A program made the translations under genes and the position numbers. Below, in pieces: positions 20,571 to 30,256 of a stretch of 64,000 nt of DNA; the stretch's first letter is position 1; each line of letters begins with the position of its first letter. The DNA is taken from the NCBI GenBank assembly GCA_028724165.1, contig JAQYDL010000033.1, positions 30,283-94,282 of the forward strand. The letters run 5' to 3'. The notes beneath the pieces are model-generated. The model did no database searches, had not been told where the DNA came from, and saw nothing but the letters and a program-made list of their open reading frames with translations. The DNA is from Prevotellaceae bacterium. Lineage in GTDB: Bacteria > Bacteroidota > Bacteroidia > Bacteroidales > Bacteroidaceae.

Positions 20571-21581
20571 ATGGTAAACTACAAAGAACTCGGCTTGGTC
20601 AACACCCGCGATATGTTCAGCAGAGCCGTTAAAAGCGGTTGGGCAGTTCCTGCATTCAACTTCAACAATCTTGAACAGCTTCAGGCAATAATCACAGCCT
20701 CTTCCGAACTCCGCTCTCCGGTGATTCTTCAGGTTTCAAAGGGCGCACGTAAATATGCAAACGCTACACTTCTCCGCTACATGGCTGAAGGTGCAGTACA
20801 GTTCGCTAAAGAACTTGGCTGCAACCACCCTGAAATAGTTCTTCACCTTGATCACGGCGACAGCTTCGAACTTTGCAAGAGCTGTGTGGACCTCGGTTTC
20901 TCTTCTGTAATGATTGACGGAAGTTCACTCCCCTATGAAGAGAACATTGCCCTTACAAAGAAAGTTGTTGACTACGCCCACCAGTACGACGTAACCGTAG
21001 AAGGCGAACTCGGTGTGCTTGCCGGCGTTGAAGACGAGGTAGCTGCTGAAGAAAGCCACTACACACGTCCCGAAGAAGTTATCGACTTCTCAACACGTTC
21101 AGGCGTTGACTCGCTCGCAATCTCAATTGGTACATCACACGGTGCTTACAAGTTCAAACCCGAACAGTGCACACGCGACCCGAAAACCGGACGTCTCGTT
21201 CCTCCTCCCTTGGCATTCGACATTCTTGCCGAAATCGAGAAACAACTTCCCGGATTCCCAATCGTACTTCACGGTTCTTCTTCTGTTCCTCAGGAGTATG
21301 TTGACATTATCAACAAGTACGGCGGTCATCTTCCCGATGCAGTCGGAATACCCGAGGATCAGCTTCGTCAGGCATCAAAGAGCGCAGTTTGCAAAATCAA
21401 CATTGACTCAGACTCTCGCCTTGCATTTACTGCCGGTGTACGTGAAACTTTCGCTCTTCACCCCGAATATTTCGATCCTCGCCAGTATTGTGGTAAGGCT
21501 CGCGAATATATGGTTGAACTTTACAAGCACAAAATCACCGATGTGCTTGGTTCTGACCACAAACTCGCAAACTGCGACTAA
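20571..21581 (+). CDS. fba: Class II fructose-1,6-bisphosphate aldolase
   Basis: Motifs are PAFNFNNLEQ, LHLDHGDS, SIGTSHGAYKF and VLHGSSSVPQE. Confidence 0.96.
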   Translation: MVNYKELGLVNTRDMFSRAVKSGWAVPAFNFNNLEQLQAIITASSELRSPVILQVSKGARKYANATLLRYMAEGAVQFAKELGCNHPEIVLHLDHGDSFELCKSCVDLGFSSVMIDGSSLPYEENIALTKKVVDYAHQYDVTVEGELGVLAGVEDEVAAEESHYTRPEEVIDFSTRSGVDSLAISIGTSHGAYKFKPEQCTRDPKTGRLVPPPLAFDILAEIEKQLPGFPIVLHGSSSVPQEYVDIINKYGGHLPDAVGIPEDQLRQASKSAVCKINIDSDSRLAFTAGVRETFALHPEYFDPRQYCGKAREYMVELYKHKITDVLGSDHKLANCD

Positions 21582-21605
21582 TAAGTTTAGAAACAGAGAT
21601 ATTAA

Positions 21606-21642
21606 ATCGGGCTTCGCTTCATTGCGAAGCCTGATTTTTTTT
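21606..21642 (+). terminator. fba rho-independent terminator
   Basis: atcgggcttcgc-ttcatt-gcgaagcctgat followed by tttttttt. Confidence 0.8.
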
Positions 21643-21848
21643 GTGCCTGCGGCTTAATGTTTCTCCGTTTTGCCTGCTCGCGGCTTTTTCGCGGTTCGGA
21701 ATTTATCGGGATTAGCCAATTTGCGTCAAAGGAGGGGGCATAACTTTCGGGATTCCGCACACGTCGGAAAACTTTTGCTTTTTTGTTATCTGCATACTCA
21801 TAAATGGCAGAATTTTCCGGGTTGTTTTTACGTCCCAAAAGCATACCC

Positions 21849-21970
21849 GAAAAAACACATGGCTTATCGTAAAAAACATAAGGCACTTATTTTAAAACAA
21901 GTGCCTTGTATTTTAAAATATATGGCTTGTATTTTTTGCCTTTCCAAATGCCTGAAAAACAAGAACCTGC
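21849..21970 (-). repeat. Composite palindromic intergenic element, copy 5
   Basis: gaaaaaacacatggcttatcgt / aaaaaacataaggcacttatttt / aaaacaagtgccttgtatttt / aaaatatatggcttgtatttttt, then arm gcctttccaaatgcctgaaaaacaagaacc. Confidence 0.9.
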
Positions 21971-22051
21971 AAAACGCGAAAAATTCGTCTTGAAAACAGG
22001 TTTTTCCTGCAGTGTTTTGGTATAGCGAAAGCAGCGAAAAAAGAGCTATTC

Positions 22052-23221
22052 CTATATTTTCCGCGTAAGGAAGAACCTGCGCGTTGCGGCAAAGAACAGC
22101 ACAACTCCTATGGCGTTCACGCCCCAATTCATCCAGAATGCCGCAGAATATCCAAAGCTTCCGCTCACCACGCCTCCAAGCAAAATGCCTATTCCCATGC
22201 CCACGCCCCACGACACAAGGATTGAAGAATTTGCCGTTCCCCGTTCGTTGTGGTGCGCCATGCCTACAAACATGTTCAAGAAGGCAGGATAAAGATGTCC
22301 GTTGCCCAATCCGAGCAACAATGCCGAAGCATAATAGGAGAACATCGAAGGAAATGCAATGAACATGAAATATGCCACAAGCGATATACACATGCCCTCA
22401 GCCGCATTCTGTGTTAGTTTTCCCTGCCTCAAAGCCTTTGCGCCCTGAAGTCGCGAAGCCATGAGACCAATTGAAATAAGCATGAAAAATGTTCCAGTGC
22501 CGCCCGTAATGCCAAGCACGTTTTTGCTGTATAAAGCAATGTAGGAGCTGAGCACTCCCCACGAAAAGGCAAAAAACATGATGTTGAGACTCAGAAGCCA
22601 GGCGCGGGTAAGAAAGAAACGGTCGAACGACACCGGACGTTTGTCGGCTTTACGCTCGCGTTTGGGAAGTTCTATGCGCGAAGCCACAAACAGCGCACCG
22701 GCTGCTATGAAAAACGAAAGCCAAAAGAGCACCTCGAAACTGTTTACCCATTTATATATGAATACGCCCGCGCTCGGAGCAATTGCCATTGAAAGATTAT
22801 TGCTCAAGCCGTAGAAGCCCAGTCCCTCGTTTCTTCGCGACGACGGCAGAACGTCTATAGCCGCCGTACTGTTTGCCACCGTTACCGCGCCAAAGGGCAG
22901 TCCGTGGAGTGTTCTTATTATGGCGAACATCAGGAGCGTTCCGGCTACGGGATAGCCCGCAAAAAACACGAAGAAGAGCGACAAACTCCACAGCAAAACG
23001 CCCCTGCGGTCGAAACTGTCAACCACGTATCCGCTGAAAAGCCTTGCCACAATTTCGGCAACCACATATCCCGAAAGCACAACGCCTATCATATTGTTTG
23101 ATGCGCCGAATTGCTCGCTCAAATACAAAGGCAGGAGCGGCGTGAGCAGATAGAACGCGAAATACATCATGAAGTTCACGAGCATTACGCGCAGATAATT
23201 CCTATTCCATAGTTTCTCCAT
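22052..23221 (-). CDS. MFS transporter
   Basis: 389 aa with about 12 TM segments and the MFS loop motif (GYVVDSFDRRGVLL). Confidence 0.88.
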   Translation of the reverse strand: MEKLWNRNYLRVMLVNFMMYFAFYLLTPLLPLYLSEQFGASNNMIGVVLSGYVVAEIVARLFSGYVVDSFDRRGVLLWSLSLFFVFFAGYPVAGTLLMFAIIRTLHGLPFGAVTVANSTAAIDVLPSSRRNEGLGFYGLSNNLSMAIAPSAGVFIYKWVNSFEVLFWLSFFIAAGALFVASRIELPKRERKADKRPVSFDRFFLTRAWLLSLNIMFFAFSWGVLSSYIALYSKNVLGITGGTGTFFMLISIGLMASRLQGAKALRQGKLTQNAAEGMCISLVAYFMFIAFPSMFSYYASALLLGLGNGHLYPAFLNMFVGMAHHNERGTANSSILVSWGVGMGIGILLGGVVSGSFGYSAAFWMNWGVNAIGVVLFFAATRRFFLTRKI

Positions 23222-23229
23222 AACTTTTG

Positions 23230-23237
23230 CAAAGTTA
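23230..23237 (-). promoter_or_regulatory. Possible -7 box TAacTTTG only 9 nt upstream of the MFS ATG
   Basis: The rc of caaagtta is TAACTTTG. This spacing would give a leaderless or nearly leaderless mRNA. Confidence 0.3.
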
Positions 23238-23380
23238 CCGCTTTAACGGCAAAGCACATTGCACGGAGCGAAATTTAACGAAGTTTCGGAGCTTCGCCTT
23301 TTCGGTGTTCACACCCCGGTTTGCAGAATTTCCGAGTGCCGTTTACCGCCGCCGGAAACGCCTAAAATGTCGCTTTCAAA

Positions 23381-23500
23381 AGTTATTGTTTTCCAGACAT
23401 TTGAAAAGGCGAAAAATATAAGGCACTTATTTCAAAACATAAGGCACATATTTTAAAATATATGCCTTGTATTTTTTACAACAAGCCATGTGTGTTTTTC
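23381..23500 (+). repeat. Composite palindromic intergenic element, copy 6
   Basis: Arm agttattgttttccagacatttgaaaaggcg, then aaaaatataaggcacttatttc / aaaacataaggcacatatttt / aaaatatatgccttgtatttttt / acaacaagccatgtgtgttttt. Confidence 0.9.
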
Positions 23501-23605
23501 AACGTCCCGCAACAGGAGAAAAACGACGACTCGGATGCGATTTTCAAGGGCATTCCCGACAAAGGCGATACGACCCGCAAATGAGAGAACGCATGTACAT
23601 ACCGC

Positions 23606-23639
23606 AAAAAAGAAACCCACACGATTTGCACCGTGCGGA
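23606..23639 (-). terminator. Probable terminator after the PBP1A gene
   Basis: The minus strand reads ccgcacg-gtgcaaat-cgtgtgg, a 7-bp stem with one G-U pair, followed by gtttctttttt. Confidence 0.45.
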
Positions 23640-23667
23640 TTCTTCCGATATTAGCATTCGGGATTTG

Positions 23668-26163
23668 TCAATTAACGAAATCGTCAAAATTAACTTCCCC
23701 GTTGTCCTTTTTCTTTTTCTTCTTTTCGCCTGCAGATTCGGCGTTCTTGCTCTCGCCTCCCTCTGCGTGTCCCTCATCCATGTGTTCTTCGAGATTAATA
23801 TCGAATTCCAAGCTGTCTTTTGCCGCCTGAATGGAATCTTTTCTCGCTTTGGAGCGCGGAACATAGTTGCAGGAGTAGCATGATGAGGAAATATTTTCCT
23901 TTGCTGCGCCGAATTTACGCTGATATTTGGAAAATTGCGAATCGCCAAAGACCGATTGCATGAAATATCCCACAATGGGCAGCGCGGTACGGCTTCCCTG
24001 TCCCAAAGCTCCCGTGCGGAAGTGAATGGAACGGTATTCGCCGCCAACCCAAGCACCTGCCACGAGACCGGGTGTTACTCCCACAAACCACGCATCGCTA
24101 TGGTTATTGCTCGTACCCGTTTTGCCGCCGAAATCTGTGGTTTTGCGATACGGTCCGACATAACCTCCGAGCGGCATTGAAGTACCTCCGGCAAGATTCA
24201 AGCCTCCTTGGAGCATTTTCTGCATGAGGAAAGCCGACCGATAAGGTATTGCCTGATGACTTTCTTCGGGAGCGGTATAAATAACATTGCCACGGCGGTC
24301 AACAATCTTGGTTACGAGCACGGGATCTCTCTGACGACCGTCGTCAGCTATGGTGGAATACGCATCAACAAGCTCAAGCAGGTTGACATCCGAGGCTCCG
24401 AGAGCAAGCGAAGGCGTATCGTCGAGCGGAGATTTGATTCCCATTGCGTGAGCAGTCTTTATGATGTTGGAAATGCCCACTTCCTGTCCCAATCTGACGG
24501 CTATACTGTTTATGCTTTGCGCAAAAGCGGAGAGCAATGGCACACTGTCGCCCGAGAAATTGCCGTTTGCATTGGTTGGAGTCCAACGTACCATTTCCTT
24601 TTTCTTACTGTCGTAAACGTCCATTGCGAAATATTCGTCGCGACGACGGTCGCAGGGCGTAATGCCACGGTTCATGGCTTCGGTATATACGAAAAGTTTG
24701 AAAGTGGAACCCGGCTGGCGCATGGCCGTTACCTTGTCGTATTTCCAAGACTTGAAATCTATGTCGCCAACCCAGGCTTTGACGTGTCCGCTCTGCGGCT
24801 CCATTGCCACAAGACCCGCATGCATGAATTTCACCATGTATCTTATGGAGTCCATGGTGGACATTTCCTCTTCTTTTTCGCCGTCGTAGTCAAAGAGTTT
24901 TACCTTGTGTTTCTGATTAAGATAGAAATTAATCGAATCGGAATTGACACCGTATTTCTGTTCCAGCTCCTTGTACTGCGCGGTACGCTTGGCGAGATTC
25001 TCAATAAAGTTGGGAATGACATTATGATTCTCATCGCGCCACGGATCTTCGTTTCCCCAGTGATTACGAAAGTTCCGCTGCACATTTTTCATCTGTTTCA
25101 CGAGAGCTTTCTCGGCATATTCCTGCATTTTAAGGTTCAGCGTGGTATAAATCTTGAGTCCTGCGCTGTAAAGGTCTATTCCGTTGTCCTTGCACCACTG
25201 TTTCAGATAGTCGGCAACGGCTTCGCGGAAGTATAGAGCCTTTCCGTCATAAGCAGTTTCAACTTTGAAATTAAGCTCTATGGGAGTTTGTTTCAACGAT
25301 TCGCATTGTGCCGCCGACATGTGCCCGTGGCTTTGCATATTGTCGAGTACTACGTTGCGGCGTTTCAAACTGTTTTCGGGATTGGTGCGCGGATTGTAGT
25401 AGCTCGTAGCCTTGAGCAGTCCCACAAGTACCGCCGACTGTGTGGCGGTGAGCTTGTCGGGCGTGGTATTGAAGTAAGTTTTTGCCGCAGTCTTGATGCC
25501 GTATGCGTTAGAACCGAAATCCACCGTATTTGCATACATAGTGAGAATTTCGTCTTTGTTGTAGAAAATTTCAAGTTCCACTGCAAGCACCCACTCCTTG
25601 CTTTTCATTATCAGGATTCGCAGACCGGGAATATATCCGAGCAGACCCGTGGAATACTGGGTGCGCACACGGAACATGTTCTTGACCAGCTGCTGCGTAA
25701 TGGTTGAGGCTCCGCGCGCATGACCGCGCATCATGTCCTTGGCTGCTGCGAAAAGTCCCTTGAAATCTATACCGTGGTGGTGATAGAAACGCTCGTCCTC
25801 CGTGTCGATAAGCGCGTGGAAGAAAACGGGATTTATTTCGCCATACTTTACAGGGGTTCGGTTTTCGTTGAAATACTTTCCTATCAGTTGCCCGTCCTCA
25901 CTATATAGTTCCGAAGCCTGCGAAGTTTCGGGGTGCATTATACTGTGGATTGTGGGAGACTTTCCGAAGAGCCACAGGAAGTTGAGGTTTACAGCCGTAA
26001 AGTAAACAATAAGAAACACAAAAAAGGAAACGATTCCCGCAATGGTCTTGTACCACCACGGACGTCCCTTGAACTGCCTCTTGTACCACCGTGCGAACTG
26101 CAAGAGTTTTGCCTTCAAAAGCAAAAGCAGAGATTTTATTCTGTCGATTGTCTTTTTGTTCAT
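23668..26163 (-). CDS. mrcA: Penicillin-binding protein 1A (bifunctional glycosyltransferase/transpeptidase)
   Basis: GT51 motifs are DTEDERFYHHHGID and GASTITQQLVKN. Transpeptidase motifs are SGSTFKLFVY (SxxK) and KTGTSN. There is an N-terminal TM anchor and a Lys-rich acidic C-terminal tail. Confidence 0.95.
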   Translation of the reverse strand: MNKKTIDRIKSLLLLLKAKLLQFARWYKRQFKGRPWWYKTIAGIVSFFVFLIVYFTAVNLNFLWLFGKSPTIHSIMHPETSQASELYSEDGQLIGKYFNENRTPVKYGEINPVFFHALIDTEDERFYHHHGIDFKGLFAAAKDMMRGHARGASTITQQLVKNMFRVRTQYSTGLLGYIPGLRILIMKSKEWVLAVELEIFYNKDEILTMYANTVDFGSNAYGIKTAAKTYFNTTPDKLTATQSAVLVGLLKATSYYNPRTNPENSLKRRNVVLDNMQSHGHMSAAQCESLKQTPIELNFKVETAYDGKALYFREAVADYLKQWCKDNGIDLYSAGLKIYTTLNLKMQEYAEKALVKQMKNVQRNFRNHWGNEDPWRDENHNVIPNFIENLAKRTAQYKELEQKYGVNSDSINFYLNQKHKVKLFDYDGEKEEEMSTMDSIRYMVKFMHAGLVAMEPQSGHVKAWVGDIDFKSWKYDKVTAMRQPGSTFKLFVYTEAMNRGITPCDRRRDEYFAMDVYDSKKKEMVRWTPTNANGNFSGDSVPLLSAFAQSINSIAVRLGQEVGISNIIKTAHAMGIKSPLDDTPSLALGASDVNLLELVDAYSTIADDGRQRDPVLVTKIVDRRGNVIYTAPEESHQAIPYRSAFLMQKMLQGGLNLAGGTSMPLGGYVGPYRKTTDFGGKTGTSNNHSDAWFVGVTPGLVAGAWVGGEYRSIHFRTGALGQGSRTALPIVGYFMQSVFGDSQFSKYQRKFGAAKENISSSCYSCNYVPRSKARKDSIQAAKDSLEFDINLEEHMDEGHAEGGESKNAESAGEKKKKKKDNGEVNFDDFVN

Positions 26164-26207
26164 TTACATCTATTTTTTGCTATGTATTTCATAGCGTTTC
26201 ACTACTG

Positions 26208-26215
26208 CAAAAGTA
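26208..26215 (-). promoter_or_regulatory. -7 box TActTTTG for the PBP1A gene
   Basis: The rc of caaaagta is TACTTTTG, 45 nt upstream of the ATG at 26163. Confidence 0.5.
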
Positions 26216-26348
26216 GTAATTTCAGCCTTGACGAAAGTTTGTTTGCCCATAAAAATTGCTTAAAGCCATGCGAATAAGCATTTGCGTTCGAAAAATGATT
26301 ACCGGCATGACAATAAACAGAAGAAAAAAGTGAAGTTTCGGGACATGT

Positions 26349-26470
26349 GAAAAAACACATGGCTTGTTGCGAAAAACATAAGGCATATATTTTAAAATAC
26401 AAGGCACTTATTTTAAAATAAGTGCCTTGTATTTTTTGCCTTTCCAAATCCCTGAACCACAACAACTTAC
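26349..26470 (-). repeat. Composite palindromic intergenic element, copy 7
   Basis: gaaaaaacacatggcttgttgc / gaaaaacataaggcatatatttt / aaaatacaaggcacttatttt / aaaataagtgccttgtatttttt, then arm gcctttccaaatccctgaaccacaacaactt. Confidence 0.9.
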
Positions 26471-26531
26471 AAAAACTCAAAGAAAAACCTTAACTTTTTG
26501 GTTCTTAGGTAGTTAAGAAAAACGCCGTCAT

Positions 26532-27455
26532 TTAGCGCACTGCGGGCACGGATTTCGATTTTATATACTCGACTATCGAGTCAAAATCGTCGGGACCGAA
26601 CCAAGTCATTTCCTCGTCGCGCTTGTACCATGTGAGCTGTTTTTTGGCATAAACGCGAGTATTCTTTTTCATCCTCTCAATGGCTACGGGCAATGTCATT
26701 TCGCCGTCGAAATATTTGAACATTTCGTTATATCCCACGGTGTTCAGTGCCGTCAGTCCCCGCTGCGGATAAAGTTCCCGTGCCTCGTCAACAAGTCCCT
26801 CAGCTATCATTTTGTCCACACGACCGTTTATGCGTTCGAAAAGTCGGGGGCGCGGAATGTTGAGTCCTATCTTAATGATGTTAAAAGGGCGCGGCTTGCA
26901 GGCGCGAACGCGAAACGAAGTGTAAGTCCTGCCAGTGGAATGACATATTTCAAGAGCATGGAGCACGCGGCGCGGATTTTTCAAATCGACAATGGCATGA
27001 TATTCGGGATCAAGCCTTTTCAGTTCATCGCCAAGGGCTTCCAGTCCCTCTGATTCGAGACGTTGCTTCATCTCCGCGCGTATATCGTCGGGCACAGTGG
27101 GGATGTCGTCAATGCCTTTTACCACGGCATCGACATACATCATGCTTCCGCCCGAAAGAATTACGTAGTCGCTGGTGCGAAACAGCTCGGCGAGAAGGCG
27201 CAGAGCGTCCTGCTCATAACGAGCCGCACTGTAATAATCGGTAATAGAGAGATTGCCTACAAAGTAAAAACGAGCCTGCGCAAGTTCTGCCTCATCGGGT
27301 CGCGCCGTGCCTATTTTCATTTCGCGATATACCTGACGGGAATCGGCATTTACGATTGGGGCGGAAAACAAGTGGGCAAGACGGATGCACAAATCCGTCT
27401 TGCCCACTGCTGTTGGTCCTGTTATGACTATGAGATTAGCCAATGGAAAAATCAA
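26532..27455 (-). CDS. miaA: tRNA dimethylallyltransferase
   Basis: P-loop ITGPTAVGKT, followed by DSRQVYREMKIGTA and the typical MiaA length. Confidence 0.95.
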   Translation of the reverse strand: MIFPLANLIVITGPTAVGKTDLCIRLAHLFSAPIVNADSRQVYREMKIGTARPDEAELAQARFYFVGNLSITDYYSAARYEQDALRLLAELFRTSDYVILSGGSMMYVDAVVKGIDDIPTVPDDIRAEMKQRLESEGLEALGDELKRLDPEYHAIVDLKNPRRVLHALEICHSTGRTYTSFRVRACKPRPFNIIKIGLNIPRPRLFERINGRVDKMIAEGLVDEARELYPQRGLTALNTVGYNEMFKYFDGEMTLPVAIERMKKNTRVYAKKQLTWYKRDEEMTWFGPDDFDSIVEYIKSKSVPAVR

Positions 27456-28027
27456 AACCTTCCGTCGTCGCCGGAGTCGAGAGGTCCGTCGCTGATGTCG
27501 AGACCTTCGTTGCTGAAATCGTCGTCATTGAAACCCTCCGAACCGTAAAAACTTTCGTCTGCAAAGTTTTCGTCGGTCTGCTGCGGCTTTGCCCCCTTCT
27601 TGGCAGGCTTTTCTTCTACAAGAATCTCTGCCGGAGCATCGCCGATGGAGCGTGTGATTTGCGCCTTCTTGAGATTCTTTCCGGGAATCATCTCTTTGAG
27701 TTCAATGTAGAACGCACGGTTGTTGAAAGTATCGAAGATGAATTTCAAACGCATGGGAACATCGTCGAGCAAACTGCGCAGCGAGGTTTTGTCCATAGTG
27801 TAAACGTCCTCGTCATAAGGCGTAAAGCCCATATCCTCACGTGTTATCTCGCATTGCTTCTCCCACTCGTCGTTTGTGATATAGAAGCTCGTAACCTGAT
27901 CGTCCTCATAGTTGCACGAAGCAAGTATTGCCTCGCAGAAATCGAGAAATGTGGAATCTGCGTCAATCTTTATCTCGCGCAGAAACTCGTCAACCTCATC
28001 GCTTATGATTGTAAATCGGAATAACAT
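27452..28027 (-). CDS. Conserved hypothetical protein with an acidic C-terminal tail
   Basis: 191 aa: MLFRFTIISDEVDEFLREIKIDADSTFLDFCEAIL... The C-terminus is rich in D/E/G (FNDDDFSNEGLDISDGPLDSGDDGRF). It overlaps the miaA start by 4 nt. A possible MM3350/pRiA4b-ORF3-like fold is recalled from memory only. Confidence 0.7.
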   Translation of the reverse strand: MLFRFTIISDEVDEFLREIKIDADSTFLDFCEAILASCNYEDDQVTSFYITNDEWEKQCEITREDMGFTPYDEDVYTMDKTSLRSLLDDVPMRLKFIFDTFNNRAFYIELKEMIPGKNLKKAQITRSIGDAPAEILVEEKPAKKGAKPQQTDENFADESFYGSEGFNDDDFSNEGLDISDGPLDSGDDGRF

Positions 28028-28060
28028 GATTGCTATTATTTATCTCGCGGGCGTTTATAT

Positions 28061-28834
28061 TTATTTTATAATGCCTCGTTTGGCGGTTTCAACGAAGTTT
28101 ATGATATACACAATCTCTTTTGACATGGGAAGAGTCTTTTTAATCTCCTCCAAACTCTCGGAACGGAGTTTTCCGCTCTGATAAAGCATGCGATAAGCCT
28201 CGTGTATGTTCTCTATAGTCTCATTCGAAAAGCCGTGGCGGCGCAAACCCACAATGTTAAGTCCCTGATAAGCCGCCGGCTCACGGGCAACCATGACATA
28301 AGGCGGCACATCCTGGCTGAAACGTGTGCCTCCGCCAATCATTACATAGCCTCCCACATGGCAGAACTGGTGAATGAGAACCGATGCACTTATTACGGCA
28401 TAATCGTCAATGATTACCTCTCCGGCAATCTTTGTTGAGTTTCCTATGATACAGCCACTGCCGAGCGTAACATCGTGAGCCACGTGAACGCCCTCCATTA
28501 ACAGGTTGTCAGAGCCAACTATTGTTCTTCCCTTGGCGGCTGTACCGCGATTTATGGTAACATTCTCGCGAATTCTGTTGTTATCGCCGACAATTGCAGT
28601 GGTTTCCTCTCCCCGGAACTTCAAGTCCTGAGGAACTGCACTTATTACCGCACCGGGGAAAATGGTATTGCCATTTCCAATGCGGGCTCCGCTAAGCACG
28701 GTAACGCTATTCATAAGAATATTGTTGTCGCCGATTTCAACATTCTTGTCTATAAAACAGAAAGCACCTATTTCGCAGTTCTTTCCGATTTTTGCTTCCG
28801 GGTCAATAAACGCCAAAGGACTAATTTTGCTCAT
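28061..28834 (-). CDS. lpxA: Acyl-ACP--UDP-N-acetylglucosamine O-acyltransferase
   Basis: Left-handed beta-helix hexapeptide repeats plus a C-terminal helical domain (GLNIVGLRRHGFS). It lies in the lpx operon. Confidence 0.95.
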   Translation of the reverse strand: MSKISPLAFIDPEAKIGKNCEIGAFCFIDKNVEIGDNNILMNSVTVLSGARIGNGNTIFPGAVISAVPQDLKFRGEETTAIVGDNNRIRENVTINRGTAAKGRTIVGSDNLLMEGVHVAHDVTLGSGCIIGNSTKIAGEVIIDDYAVISASVLIHQFCHVGGYVMIGGGTRFSQDVPPYVMVAREPAAYQGLNIVGLRRHGFSNETIENIHEAYRMLYQSGKLRSESLEEIKKTLPMSKEIVYIINFVETAKRGIIK

Positions 28835-28863
28835 TATGCCTGATATTTGGATTGGACTTCTTA

Positions 28864-30249
28864 CTATTTGTTCTTAACAATTTGGGCAGTGAAAGTGGCT
28901 TCACAAGCAATTTGTTCGCCAACAAACACAAAACCTTTCATGGAAGAAACGCCATGACGCACCGGCGCAAGAAGACGCACGTTGAAAATAAGAGTATCTC
29001 CCGGCACAACCTTACGACGGAACTTAACGTCATCAATTTTCATGAAATATGTGCTCCAACGTTCCGGTTCTTCCACCGTGCTAAGCACAAGCAAGCCGCC
29101 GGCTTGCGCCATTGCCTCAACTTGAAGCACACCGGGCATAACAGGTTCCTGCGGAAAATGACCCTGAAAGAAAGGTTCGTTGGCAGTTACGTTCTTAACG
29201 GCAACAATCTGGTTTGAACCCATGGCAATTACCTTGTCGACAAGCTGCATGGGGTAACGGTGAGGAAGAAGTTGGCGAATGCGATTAACATCCATGATTG
29301 GTTCCTCATTAGGATCGTAATGCGGAGCCTGAATTTCGTGAGCGCGGATTTCACGACGCAGTTCGCGTGCAAACTTATTGTTTATTGTATGACCGGGACG
29401 GGTTGCTATAATCCTACCTTTGATCGGGCGACCAACAAGAGCCATGTCGCCAACAATGTCAAGGAGTTTATGGCGCGCAGGTTCGTTTGCCCACTTCAAA
29501 GGACGGTGAGAAATGAAGCCAAGCTTGGTGGCATCGCGATGAGGTACCTTCATTTCATCGGCAATCTGGTCAAGACGCTCCTGACTAATCTCCTGTTCGT
29601 AAATAACTATGGCATTGTCAAGATCGCCTCCCTTTATGAGTCCCGCCTGAAGCAAAGGTTCCACCTCACGCATGAAAACAAATGTGCGGGCAGAGGAAAC
29701 TTCTTCGATAAAATTGGAAAGACTGTCAAGAGTTGCGAACTGACTTGAAAACCACTTTGACCCATAGGAAATCATAGCCGTTATGCTAAATTCCTCGTCG
29801 GGAAGAATCATTACCGACGAGCCGGTTTCTTCATCATGAACCTCTATTTTTTTCTTTATGATATAGTAATCTTTCGGTGCATTAAGCTCTTTCACACCCA
29901 CACGTTGTATGTTTTCAACGAAAGGAGCCGAAGAACCGTCAAGAATAGGGAATTCGGGACCGTTAACCTGCATGAGGCAGTTGTCTATTCCCAGAGCGTA
30001 AAGCGCAGCCATGGCATGTTCAATGGTAGAACAGCGTGCGTCGCCCTTGGCTACCACTGTGCCGCGCGTAGTTTCCACTACGTTTTCGGCAATAGCCGGA
30101 ATTATCGGTTCACCTTCAAGATCTATTCTTTGTATTTTGTATCCGGAGTTCTCGGGTGCGGGATTGAAAGTAACAGTAAGGTTCAAACCCGTATGCAGTC
30201 CTTTTCCGTAGAGAGAGAAACTGCCGTTGAGTGTTGTCTGTTTAAGCAT
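28864..30249 (-). CDS. lpxC/fabZ: Bifunctional UDP-3-O-acyl-GlcNAc deacetylase / 3-hydroxyacyl-ACP dehydratase
   Basis: The N-terminal part is LpxC (GKGLHTGL, TIEHAMAAL). The C-terminal part is FabZ (NEPFFQGHFPQEPVMPGVL). This fusion is typical of Bacteroidota. Confidence 0.96.
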   Translation of the reverse strand: MLKQTTLNGSFSLYGKGLHTGLNLTVTFNPAPENSGYKIQRIDLEGEPIIPAIAENVVETTRGTVVAKGDARCSTIEHAMAALYALGIDNCLMQVNGPEFPILDGSSAPFVENIQRVGVKELNAPKDYYIIKKKIEVHDEETGSSVMILPDEEFSITAMISYGSKWFSSQFATLDSLSNFIEEVSSARTFVFMREVEPLLQAGLIKGGDLDNAIVIYEQEISQERLDQIADEMKVPHRDATKLGFISHRPLKWANEPARHKLLDIVGDMALVGRPIKGRIIATRPGHTINNKFARELRREIRAHEIQAPHYDPNEEPIMDVNRIRQLLPHRYPMQLVDKVIAMGSNQIVAVKNVTANEPFFQGHFPQEPVMPGVLQVEAMAQAGGLLVLSTVEEPERWSTYFMKIDDVKFRRKVVPGDTLIFNVRLLAPVRHGVSSMKGFVFVGEQIACEATFTAQIVKNK

Positions 30250-30256
30250 GATATTC

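Noticed and set aside
21849-23500. The MFS gene is bracketed by inverted repeat copies 5 and 6 with arms facing inward, which could be read as a composite transposon.
   Set aside because: With 12 copies in essentially random orientation, such bracketing is expected by chance. The MFS gene shows no compositional anomaly, and no transposase is present.
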